The notes under the pieces: generated by a model
Seen by the model: the letters and a program-made list of their open reading frames with translations, nothing else
What the model was told of the DNA's origin: nothing
The model's database searches: none
Assembly (NCBI RefSeq): GCF_015057185.1
Contig: NZ_SVEV01000009.1
Span: forward strand, 19,672-83,671
DNA: 64,000 nucleotides
Reading direction: 5' to 3'
Source: Pseudobutyrivibrio sp.
GTDB lineage: Bacteria > Bacillota > Clostridia > Lachnospirales > Lachnospiraceae
Shown: positions 46,627 to 55,407 of the stretch, in pieces
How the letters are laid out: each line of letters begins with the position of its first letter
Position numbering within the stretch: the first letter of the stretch is position 1
Translations under genes and position numbers: made by a program

Positions 46627-47106
46627 ATGGAAGCTAAGAAAAATTTACTTACAGCTGAAGGACTTAAAATATTAGAAGACGAACTTGAGGATCTCAAGGT
46701 CAATAAACGTAAAGAAGTATCTCAGAAGATTAAGGAAGCCAGAGAGCAGGGCGACCTTTCAGAGAACGCAGAGTACGATGCAGCTAAGGATGAGCAGAGA
46801 GATATCGAAGCTCGTATCGAAGAAATCGAGAAAATCCTTAAAAATGCAGAAGTAGTTACAGAAGAGCACGATACAAAGAATATCAACATCGGTTGGACAG
46901 TTACACTTCTTGACGTAGAGTTCAACGAGGAGACAGAGTACAGAATCGTTGGTTCTACAGAGGCAAACAGCCTTAGTGGCAAGATTTCAAACGAATCACC
47001 AGTAGGAAAGGCAATCATTGGTCACAAAAAGGGTGATACAGTAGTTGTTGAAACAGAAGCTGGTGAAATCCAGTACAAGATTCTTGCTGCAAAGAAGTCT
47101 AAGTAA
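46627..47106 (+). CDS. greA: Transcription elongation factor GreA (paralogue 2)
   Basis: 160 aa from ATG 46627; the listed TTG 46558 falls at or upstream of the predicted TSS. Motif GDLSENAEYDAAK. Confidence 0.93.
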   Translation: MEAKKNLLTAEGLKILEDELEDLKVNKRKEVSQKIKEAREQGDLSENAEYDAAKDEQRDIEARIEEIEKILKNAEVVTEEHDTKNINIGWTVTLLDVEFNEETEYRIVGSTEANSLSGKISNESPVGKAIIGHKKGDTVVVETEAGEIQYKILAAKKSK

Positions 47107-47127
47107 TATCATTAGGAACTATTAATG

Positions 47128-47160
47128 TCGCAATCCGATTTTGGGTTGCGACTATTTTTT
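47128..47160 (+). terminator. Rho-independent terminator
   Basis: Stem gtcgcaa/ttgcgac followed by a T-run. Confidence 0.75.
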
Positions 47161-47180
47161 TACTATCAAGGAGGGACCAA

Positions 47181-48566
47181 ATGCTAGCAAAAATTAAGAA
47201 AAAATACATAGGAGATAAAGCTTTCTATAAGAGATATATCTTCCTTGCGACACCAATGATTATCCAACAGGCCATCACAAATTTTGTCAGTTTTTTGGAT
47301 AACCTTATGGTAGGACAGTTGGGACAGGAAGCTATTTCTGCAGTTGCCACAGTTAACCAGTTGAACTTCGTTTTTTCATTAGCAGTTTTTGGGGCAGCTT
47401 CAGCAGGTAGTATATACGGAGCACAGTATTTTGGAAAAGGTGACCACAAGGGCCATATGTATACATTCCGTTTTAAGCTATACGCTACTTTGTTAGCTAC
47501 ATTTATAGGAATCATTTTGTTTAAGGCCCAGGGAAGTAACTTAATATCACTTTTCCTGACAGAAAGCGAAGGGGCTTCACCGGAGCTAGCACTTGAACTT
47601 GGACTTCAGTATTTAGGAATAATACTAGTTGGTCTTATTCCATTTGCTGTTAACCAAGCATATGCCACAAATATCAAAGAGACCGGTCAGACGGTAATTC
47701 CGATGTTGGCAGGTATGGTAGCAGTTGCTACTAACGCATTCTTAGATTACTGCTTGATATTCGGTTTTGGCCCATTTCCACAGATGGGAGTTCAGGGTGC
47801 TGCCTTGGCCACTGTAATCGCAAGATACATAGAATGTGCTATCGTAGTAATCTGGGCACATACACACAAAGAATTAAATAGATATCTTGAGGGAGCTTAT
47901 ATAGGTTTTGGTTTGCCTCGAAAGGTATTTAACCAGATTTTAATCAAGGGTGCGCCACTTATGGTAAACGAGGTGCTTTGGGCAGCTGGAGTTAGTGCAG
48001 TTACACAGAGCTATTCTGTTCGAGGAATGAATGTCCTTACAGCACTTAGTATTTCAAATACAGTAGGAAACCTATTTAACATTGTATTTATTCAGCTTGG
48101 TGCTTGCATCAGTATTATTGTTGGTCAGTATCTAGGCTCAGGAGATTTGGAAGAGGCCAAGGATGCAGACAACAAAATGATTGCATTCAGCGTTTTCTGC
48201 TGTACAATCATGGCAATCATCATGTTCGCAATTGGTGGATTATTCCCACGCATCTACAATGTAGACCCAGAAATAAGACATCTTGCAACACGCCTCATAG
48301 CAGTAGCAGCATTATGGATGCCATTCTGTTCGTTTAGCCATTGCTCATATTTCACCCTTCGTTCAGGTGGAAAGACACTGGTTACATTTATATTCGATTC
48401 AGTGTTTACATGGGTAGTTATGGCACCACTTGCATATGTGCTTGCACACTTTACAGGACTTGGCATCGTTTGGGTATATTTCTTCGTTCAGGGTACAGAA
48501 TTAATCAAAAACATCATGGGATACTTTATGGTCAAGAGTGATGTTTGGCTTGTGACGATGGTTTAG
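47181..48566 (+). CDS. MATE-family efflux transporter
   Basis: 461 aa, 12-TM pattern and a typical MATE N-terminus (ATPMIIQQAITNFVSFLDNLMVGQLG). Confidence 0.9.
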   Translation: MLAKIKKKYIGDKAFYKRYIFLATPMIIQQAITNFVSFLDNLMVGQLGQEAISAVATVNQLNFVFSLAVFGAASAGSIYGAQYFGKGDHKGHMYTFRFKLYATLLATFIGIILFKAQGSNLISLFLTESEGASPELALELGLQYLGIILVGLIPFAVNQAYATNIKETGQTVIPMLAGMVAVATNAFLDYCLIFGFGPFPQMGVQGAALATVIARYIECAIVVIWAHTHKELNRYLEGAYIGFGLPRKVFNQILIKGAPLMVNEVLWAAGVSAVTQSYSVRGMNVLTALSISNTVGNLFNIVFIQLGACISIIVGQYLGSGDLEEAKDADNKMIAFSVFCCTIMAIIMFAIGGLFPRIYNVDPEIRHLATRLIAVAALWMPFCSFSHCSYFTLRSGGKTLVTFIFDSVFTWVVMAPLAYVLAHFTGLGIVWVYFFVQGTELIKNIMGYFMVKSDVWLVTMV

Positions 48567-48691
48567 AAATGTAAAAATATCAATTTTTACATTTCGTACA
48601 TGGCAGGATTTTGGACTAAAAGTACAAAATCATGTCTGCCGAAGGCAGATTTAAAAGCATGTTTCCTTGGCATGCTTTTAAACCTATAACC

Positions 48692-48721
48692 TTGACACTC
48701 AGAGTTTTCTAGGTCTATAAT
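48692..48721 (+). promoter_or_regulatory. Sigma-A type promoter of lysS
   Basis: TTGACA (48692-48697), 18-nt spacer, TATAAT (48716-48721). Confidence 0.7.
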
Positions 48722-48783
48722 TAAAAGACTTTTGAGTATTTACTAATCTAAATTAATATATATGAAATAAAAAAGGAGACAAT

Positions 48784-50811
48784 ATGGCAGAGCAGGATAC
48801 AAACCAGTTATTAAAGGTTCGTCGAGAAAAGCTTGCTGCACTTCAGGAAGCAGGCAAGGATCCATTTCAGATTACAAAGTTTGACCAGACACATCATACT
48901 GATGAGGTAATCTCACTTTATGAGGAGCATGAGTCAAAGCTTTTAGCAGGACGTAGTGCTGTTAACACAGATGGAATGGATGAAGAGGCTGCAAAGCAGG
49001 CAATTAATGACGATTACAACGAGCGCCGTTCTATTATGGACGCACAGCCAATTCACGTTAGCATCGCAGGACGTATGATGTTCAAGCGTGTTATGGGAAA
49101 GGCAAGCTTCTGCAATATTCGTGACCGTAAGGGAGATATCCAGGTTTACGTTGCCAGAGATGCAATCGGAGAGGAGCCATACGCAGATTTCAAGAAGTCT
49201 GATATCGGTGATATTTACGGTATCAAGGGATGGGCTTTCAGAACAAAGACAGGTGAGATTTCTATCCACGCTGAGGAGATGACATTACTTTCTAAGTCAC
49301 TCCAGATTCTTCCTGAGAAGTTCCACGGACTTACAGATACAGATATGAGATACCGTCAGCGTTACGTTGACCTTGTTATGAACAAGGAGTCACGTGATGT
49401 ATTTGTTAAGCGTTCACTTATGATGAAGGAAATCCGTAATTTCCTTGCAGAGCGTGACTTCATGGAGGTTGAGACACCTATTCTTGTTTCAAACGCAGGT
49501 GGTGCAGCAGCTCGTCCATTCGAGACACATTACAACTCTTTAAATGAGGATGTTAAGCTTCGTATTTCTCTTGAGCTTTACCTTAAGAGACTTATCGTAG
49601 GTGGTTTCGAGCGTGTATACGAAATCGGTCGTGTATTCCGTAACGAGGGTGTTGATACTCGTCACAATCCTGAGTTTACACTTATGGAGCTTTACCAGGC
49701 ATACACAGATTACGAAGGCATGATGGAGCTTACAGAGACTATGTTCCGTCGTCTTGCTGAAAAGGTTGTTGGTTCTACAAAGATTTCTTACAACGGAATC
49801 GAAATCGACCTTGGCAAGCCATTCGAGAGAATGACAATGACAGACGCTGTAAAGAAGTTTGCAGGCGTTGATTTTGATACTATTGCTGATGATGAGGCAG
49901 CAAAGGCAATTGCTCGCGAGAAGGGCGTAGAGTTTGAGGACCGCCACAAGAAGGGTGATATCCTTAACCTCTTCTTCGAGGAGTTCTGTGAGGAGAATCT
50001 TATCCAGCCTACATTTATTACAGACCACCCAATCGAGATTTCTCCACTTACAAAGAAGAAGCCTACAGACCCTACAAGAGTAGAGCGTTTTGAGCTCTTC
50101 ATTAATACATGGGAGATGTGTAACGCATACTCAGAGCTTAATGATCCAATCGATCAGCGTGAGCGTTTTGCAGCACAGGATGCTAACGCAGCAGCAGGTG
50201 ATGACGAGGCTGAGCATACAGATGAGGACTTCCTCAATGCACTTGAAATCGGTATGCCACCTACAGGCGGTATCGGTTATGGTCTTGACAGACTTTGCAT
50301 GCTTCTTACAGATAGCCAGGCTATCCGTGACGTGCTTCTCTTCCCCACTATGAAGAGTCTTGATGCACCAAAGAAGAGCACAGCTGCAGCAGATGACAAG
50401 AGCGGATTCTTTGCTCCTAACTCAAGCATTGATTTCTCAAATGTAAAGATTGAGCCACTTTTCGAGGAGCAGGTTGATTTTGAGACATTCTCAAAGTCTG
50501 ATTTCAGAGCTGTTAAGGTTAAGGCTTGTCAGGCAGTACCTAAGTCAAAGAAGCTTCTTCAGTTCACTCTTGATGATGGTACAGGCACAGATAGAACTAT
50601 CCTTTCAGGTATTCATGAGTTCTACGAGCCAGAGGAATTAGTTGGTAAGACACTTGTAGCTATTACAAACCTTCCACCACGTGCAATGATGGGTATCGAG
50701 TCTTGTGGTATGTTACTTTCAGCAGTTAACAACCTCAAGGATTCAGACGGTGAAGAGCTTCACCTTCTTATGATTGATAACCACATCCCAGCTGGTGCTA
50801 AGTTGTATTAA
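48784..50811 (+). CDS. lysS: Lysine--tRNA ligase (class II) with C-terminal Trbp111/CsaA-like tRNA-binding domain
   Basis: 675 aa. LysRS core (GRMM...RVFRNEG...GGIGYGLDRL...LLFPTMK), a ~45-aa linker, then a 111-aa domain (50476-50808) with the tRNA_bind pattern (FRAVKV...LLQFTLDDGTG..RTILSGI..FY.PEELVGK...ITNLPPR.MMGIES.GMLLSA). Confidence 0.93.
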   Translation: MAEQDTNQLLKVRREKLAALQEAGKDPFQITKFDQTHHTDEVISLYEEHESKLLAGRSAVNTDGMDEEAAKQAINDDYNERRSIMDAQPIHVSIAGRMMFKRVMGKASFCNIRDRKGDIQVYVARDAIGEEPYADFKKSDIGDIYGIKGWAFRTKTGEISIHAEEMTLLSKSLQILPEKFHGLTDTDMRYRQRYVDLVMNKESRDVFVKRSLMMKEIRNFLAERDFMEVETPILVSNAGGAAARPFETHYNSLNEDVKLRISLELYLKRLIVGGFERVYEIGRVFRNEGVDTRHNPEFTLMELYQAYTDYEGMMELTETMFRRLAEKVVGSTKISYNGIEIDLGKPFERMTMTDAVKKFAGVDFDTIADDEAAKAIAREKGVEFEDRHKKGDILNLFFEEFCEENLIQPTFITDHPIEISPLTKKKPTDPTRVERFELFINTWEMCNAYSELNDPIDQRERFAAQDANAAAGDDEAEHTDEDFLNALEIGMPPTGGIGYGLDRLCMLLTDSQAIRDVLLFPTMKSLDAPKKSTAAADDKSGFFAPNSSIDFSNVKIEPLFEEQVDFETFSKSDFRAVKVKACQAVPKSKKLLQFTLDDGTGTDRTILSGIHEFYEPEELVGKTLVAITNLPPRAMMGIESCGMLLSAVNNLKDSDGEELHLLMIDNHIPAGAKLY

Positions 50812-50834
50812 AATAAACATAATATTATTAATGG

Positions 50835-50867
50835 AGAGTCCATCAATTTTGATGGGCTCTTTTTTTC
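50835..50867 (+). terminator. Rho-independent terminator
   Basis: Stem agagtccatc/gatgggctct followed by T7. Confidence 0.8.
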
Positions 50868-51058
50868 TGCCATGATTAGCAAAGTGTGTAATTATATTTT
50901 CGGGTTTAAAGTTCTAAAGTTTAAAGTGCTAATGCATTGTATTTCCTTTGTTCAAAAGACATTTGTCTTATGGAGAAATACAGTTTGTCATGCTATAATG
51001 GTCAAGCTGTGCGTGAAAATAATTAAATACAGAATAAATTTATAAAAGGAAGTAAGTA

Positions 51059-52627
51059 ATGAAAGAAGAGAAAAAATTAGGGCTTATGTCCCTCATACTG
51101 ATGATTTTTACATCAGTTTACGGTTTTAACAACATTCCAAGATCCTATTACTTAATGGGTTATGCAGCTATTCCTTGGTTTGTTATTGCAGGTATTTTAT
51201 TCTTTATTCCATTTGCCTTCATGGTAGCAGAGTTCGGTTCTGCATTCCGTAAGGAGACAGGTGGTATGTACTCATGGATGTGCAAGTCAGTTGGACCAAA
51301 GTACGCATTCATCGGTACTTTTATGTGGTACACATCATATGTACTTTGGATGGTAAATGTATCATCAGGTATCTGGGTACCAGTATCAAACGTAATTTTC
51401 GGAGAGGATAACACAGCCACTTGGTCATTATTTGGCTCACACTTTTTATCTGGCTCTAGACTTCTTGGTCTTATGGCAGTTATCTTTTTCATTGTAATCA
51501 CATATTTTGACTCAAAGGGAATCGACAAGATTAGCACAGTAACTTCTGTTGGTGGTACAGCAGTTCTTACAATCAATATTCTTGTAGTTGTAGGATCAAT
51601 CGTAATGATTATCGCTCGTGGTGGACAGCTTCAGCAGCCATTTGCTGGTCTTGAGTCACTCAAGACACCTCTTAACGTTGCTTACCAGGGCAATCCTATC
51701 ATGATTTTATCATTTATCGTTTATGCACTTTTCGCATACGGCGGAATCGAGGCAGTTGGTGGTCTTGTTGATAAGACAGAGAACCCTAAGAAGAACTTCC
51801 CTAAGGGTATCGTTACAGCAGCAATGGTTATCGTTGTTGGTTATGCACTCCTTATCATGCTCGTAGGTTCATTTACAAACTATAGCGAGATTCTTGGTAG
51901 CGACAATATTACACTTGGTAATGTTTCATACGTAATTATGTCAAACTTTGCGGCAGAAATCGGTGCAGCATTTGGCGCTACAGAGGCTACTCAGGTTGCA
52001 CTTGCTCACGGCTTTGCTAGAGTATATGCTCTTATTATGCTCCTTGCACTTATGGGTGCTATGTTTACACTTGTTTATTCACCACTTAAGCAGCTTATTG
52101 ATGGTACAGAGAAAGAGCTTTGGCCTGGTAAGATGGGTGAAATTGCAGAGGACGGCATGCCAAAAAATGCTATGTGGATTCAGTGTGCTATCGTTTGCGT
52201 AATGGTGCTTTTAGTATCATTCGGTGGCGACACAATGCAGCAGTTCTTCTTAATTTTAACAGCAATGGTTAACGTTGGTATGACAGTACCTTATATGTTC
52301 ATCTCATTTGCTTTCCCTAAGTTCAAGAAGATGAAGGATGTAGACCGCAGCTTCGTTGTTTACAAGTCACAGACTTCAGCAAATATCTGGGGATATGTTG
52401 TTACATTAACATTACTTTTTGCAAACGCATTTGCTATTATCCAGCCAGCACTTGACGGTGATTACAAGACAACATTCTGGTCACTCAGTGGTCCTGTTAT
52501 CTTTGGTCTTGTAGCATGGGCAATCTACACACGTTACGAGAAGCGAGTTGCTTCAGGCAAGATTGCTGCAAAGGATTCAGTTGAGAATGCAGATTCAGCA
52601 AAGGATGTTGCTGCTCAGGCAGAATAA
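51059..52627 (+). CDS. APC-superfamily amino acid permease (YjeM/GadC-like)
   Basis: 522 aa polytopic membrane protein with an N-terminal pattern typical of glutamate/GABA-type APC transporters. Confidence 0.8.
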   Translation: MKEEKKLGLMSLILMIFTSVYGFNNIPRSYYLMGYAAIPWFVIAGILFFIPFAFMVAEFGSAFRKETGGMYSWMCKSVGPKYAFIGTFMWYTSYVLWMVNVSSGIWVPVSNVIFGEDNTATWSLFGSHFLSGSRLLGLMAVIFFIVITYFDSKGIDKISTVTSVGGTAVLTINILVVVGSIVMIIARGGQLQQPFAGLESLKTPLNVAYQGNPIMILSFIVYALFAYGGIEAVGGLVDKTENPKKNFPKGIVTAAMVIVVGYALLIMLVGSFTNYSEILGSDNITLGNVSYVIMSNFAAEIGAAFGATEATQVALAHGFARVYALIMLLALMGAMFTLVYSPLKQLIDGTEKELWPGKMGEIAEDGMPKNAMWIQCAIVCVMVLLVSFGGDTMQQFFLILTAMVNVGMTVPYMFISFAFPKFKKMKDVDRSFVVYKSQTSANIWGYVVTLTLLFANAFAIIQPALDGDYKTTFWSLSGPVIFGLVAWAIYTRYEKRVASGKIAAKDSVENADSAKDVAAQAE

Positions 52628-52679
52628 TTAAATAATCGTTCTTGGGGTAGTTGTTACTACCTAGGACATGAATAATAGA

Positions 52680-52709
52680 ATGGTCAGACTTCGGTCTGGC
52701 CATTTTTTA
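52680..52709 (+). terminator. Rho-independent terminator
   Basis: Stem atggtcagac/gtctggccat, ttcg loop, T-run. Confidence 0.8.
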
Positions 52710-52839
52710 TGTTACATTGGGGTTCGCACTAGCAAGGGAATTTTCAGAATAAATTCGAAACATTCTGTGAACTCTGGGTAATAGTCCTCACAAATAATGT
52801 AAAATAACAATGAATAACTATCCGGACAGGTAGGTGCCA

Positions 52840-55380
52840 ATGAGAAAATATAAATTTAAGTTGGTGACAAATTATATAGCGCTATTTAGAAAGATTGTAG
52901 AAGGTATTTGTGCTGAGCTAAATTCTAAAAATGGTAATTTGGCAAAAGCTAATGAGTATTTACAAACACTTCAGGCAAAGGCCATAGAGCTCGGTGAATA
53001 TATCGAGGGAGAGGAAGGCTTGGGTCATGCCACTGTCCATGTGCTAGAGGAATTCTGCGAGGTAATATATGAAGTTAATGAAGATGTACTTAGCGAGCAT
53101 GGGCTGTCGGGAGAGTCAGCAAGGAATATATTAGATAGTGCGATTAATAAGATTGAAAAGAGTGCTAATGAGGATATAGAGATACAGAGGCTAGCTGTGT
53201 TTTTACCTTACAAAGCCAGTATGTGGGATTCTCTAGAGAGCGTATGGATGGCTGCGGATGCCGACCCTACTTGTCGCGCCCTTGTAATTCCTATTCCATA
53301 CTTTGATATTAATCCTGACAGGACAGTAAAGAGTGAAAACTGGGAGGGAGATTTATTCCCAGATTACGTGCCAATAACCCCATATCAGGATTTTGATTTT
53401 GGTGCAGAGCATCCGGATATGATATTCATTCATAATCCATATGATGATTGTAATTTGGTTACTTCAGTACACCCATTTTTCTATTCTGATAAGCTTAAGA
53501 AATTTACGGATTGTCTAGTATATATTCCATATTTTGCAACTTCAGGAGCAATGAGCGAGGCTCAGTCACTGCTGCCTGCTTATCTTAATGCGGACTATAT
53601 AGTAATTCAATCAGAGAAGTTTAAGGGATTTTATGATGAAAGAGTTCCACGAGAAAAGCTATTACCTTTTGGTTCGCCTAAGTTTGATAGTGTAATAAGA
53701 AAATGCAAGAATCCACCAGAGCCACCAGAGGAATGGAAGGGCAAAATGGCTGGCAAGAAGGTTTACTTCTATAATACCAGTTTAAATGGCATGCTTGCCG
53801 ACACAGAGTCATTCATGAAAAAAATGGTTTACGTGTTTGATACCTTTAGAGGTCGAGAAGATGCATGTCTATTATGGAGACCACATCCTTTGTTTGAGAA
53901 AACTTTAGGAAATATGCGTCCTGAATTCTTGCCTGTTTATCAAGATATTAGAGATAAATATATTAAAGAAGGCTGGGGAATCTATGACACAACACCAAGC
54001 ATAGAGAATACCATAGCCCTATGTGATGTTTATATTGGAGATGCTGCCACAAGTGTGACATCTCTGTTTGGCGTGGTTGGAAAGCCATTATTTATCTTGA
54101 ACAATAAATTACATTCACTTCCACCTGATGATTTGTGGAAATTTGCTGGTGGACCACCTGCAATTCAATTGTTAGACGGTAGTTGGCACAAAGATGTGGG
54201 ATTGTTGGGAAATAGATTATACCGTCGTGATGGTGACAAAGAGAATTTTATCTATGATAGAACGTTAGATTTCCCAGCAAGTGGCGGATATTATACATTT
54301 CCATATGAGTATAAGAAAAATAAACTATATGTATTCCCTACTAATGCCCAGGATATCTATGTGGTAGAGGGACCAAAAGAACGCAAGATAGCATTATCTA
54401 GAAAAACAGATCGAGCTGGGGCTTTTTCAGGCGTTTCATTCTATGAAAATTTGGCAATAATATGGGCAATGAGATACCCGGATATTGTTATTTTTAATAT
54501 GGAAACTGAGCAGGTATTTAATATAGGTGACATTGGTACTTTTAACGTGGCAGTGATGCCTGATTTAGAGCGCTTGCAGGCAGTAAGAATTTATTACAAA
54601 GACAGGATGTATATATTCAGTAATGATGGCACAAAGGTGTGCGTTTTAGATTTAAAGAACGTTACAGCGGAAATCAGAAACACTGGAATAACCGGACTAT
54701 ATTTCGCTGCAGGAGCAAGACGAATTGATGATAGGACAATGTGGCTGATTCCATATGAAGGAGCAAAGGTTGTAAGGTTTGATATGGAAACATTCAAATC
54801 AAAGGAGTACGACCTTTATCTGGAAGGCATGGATGGCTGGGATAGAAGAAATAAAACCCACAATTTCATCAAGTTTTTCTCAAGTGCAGCTGTTTTAGAT
54901 GATAGAGTCATATTCAGTCCTATGTGGGGGAATATGTTTGTAGAGCTTAATCCTGAAACAGGTGAAGTAAAGGAATGGGAGACTCCATTTGAGATAACAT
55001 TTGAGGATATAAATGATTATATGCCAAATGGCGGAATAGGCGTCTTCGGAAAGGATGTTTTAAAGGACGAGTATAGATACTATTATTATCCGAAGAACCA
55101 GATATTCAAAATAGATTTAGACACAAAAGAAATAGAGCAAATCAAGTATGGCAGTTATTCAAAAGAGGATATTTATAGTCTTGAAGAAGGATATCATCCA
55201 ATCTCAGAATGGATGAAGTATTGTTGCTGTGAAGGACAGTACAATACGCTCAAAGATTTGCTTGATGATAATATCACGGGAAATAAGCATGAAAAATTAA
55301 AGCAATTGGAGGATTATGCCGATATCAATAGTAGTATAGAAGGCGATTGTGGCGAAAAGGTATATTGGTACTTGAAATAA
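52840..55380 (+). CDS. Putative CDP-glycerol/polyol-phosphate glycopolymer transferase (TagB/TagF-like) with C-terminal beta-propeller-like region
   Basis: About 846 aa (GTG 52834 is an alternative start). The middle region has a TagF-like pattern from memory (VFLPYKASMWDSLESVW..., IFIHNPYD, YIPYF, WRPHP, YIGDAATSV). The C-terminal ~420 aa are rich in repeated aromatic beta-strand motifs. Followed by a cytidylyltransferase gene. Confidence 0.55.
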   Translation: MRKYKFKLVTNYIALFRKIVEGICAELNSKNGNLAKANEYLQTLQAKAIELGEYIEGEEGLGHATVHVLEEFCEVIYEVNEDVLSEHGLSGESARNILDSAINKIEKSANEDIEIQRLAVFLPYKASMWDSLESVWMAADADPTCRALVIPIPYFDINPDRTVKSENWEGDLFPDYVPITPYQDFDFGAEHPDMIFIHNPYDDCNLVTSVHPFFYSDKLKKFTDCLVYIPYFATSGAMSEAQSLLPAYLNADYIVIQSEKFKGFYDERVPREKLLPFGSPKFDSVIRKCKNPPEPPEEWKGKMAGKKVYFYNTSLNGMLADTESFMKKMVYVFDTFRGREDACLLWRPHPLFEKTLGNMRPEFLPVYQDIRDKYIKEGWGIYDTTPSIENTIALCDVYIGDAATSVTSLFGVVGKPLFILNNKLHSLPPDDLWKFAGGPPAIQLLDGSWHKDVGLLGNRLYRRDGDKENFIYDRTLDFPASGGYYTFPYEYKKNKLYVFPTNAQDIYVVEGPKERKIALSRKTDRAGAFSGVSFYENLAIIWAMRYPDIVIFNMETEQVFNIGDIGTFNVAVMPDLERLQAVRIYYKDRMYIFSNDGTKVCVLDLKNVTAEIRNTGITGLYFAAGARRIDDRTMWLIPYEGAKVVRFDMETFKSKEYDLYLEGMDGWDRRNKTHNFIKFFSSAAVLDDRVIFSPMWGNMFVELNPETGEVKEWETPFEITFEDINDYMPNGGIGVFGKDVLKDEYRYYYYPKNQIFKIDLDTKEIEQIKYGSYSKEDIYSLEEGYHPISEWMKYCCCEGQYNTLKDLLDDNITGNKHEKLKQLEDYADINSSIEGDCGEKVYWYLK

Positions 55381-55407
55381 GGCACGAAGCCTTAGTGAGG
55401 AGTGCTT

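Noticed and set aside
48567-48783. T-box or lysine (L-box) riboswitch upstream of lysS.
   Set aside because: A consensus promoter at 48692-48721 leaves only a ~60-nt leader. I saw no T-box sequence, specifier-loop architecture or L-box helices. The hairpins at 48567-48680 lie upstream of the promoter and look like terminators of the MATE gene.
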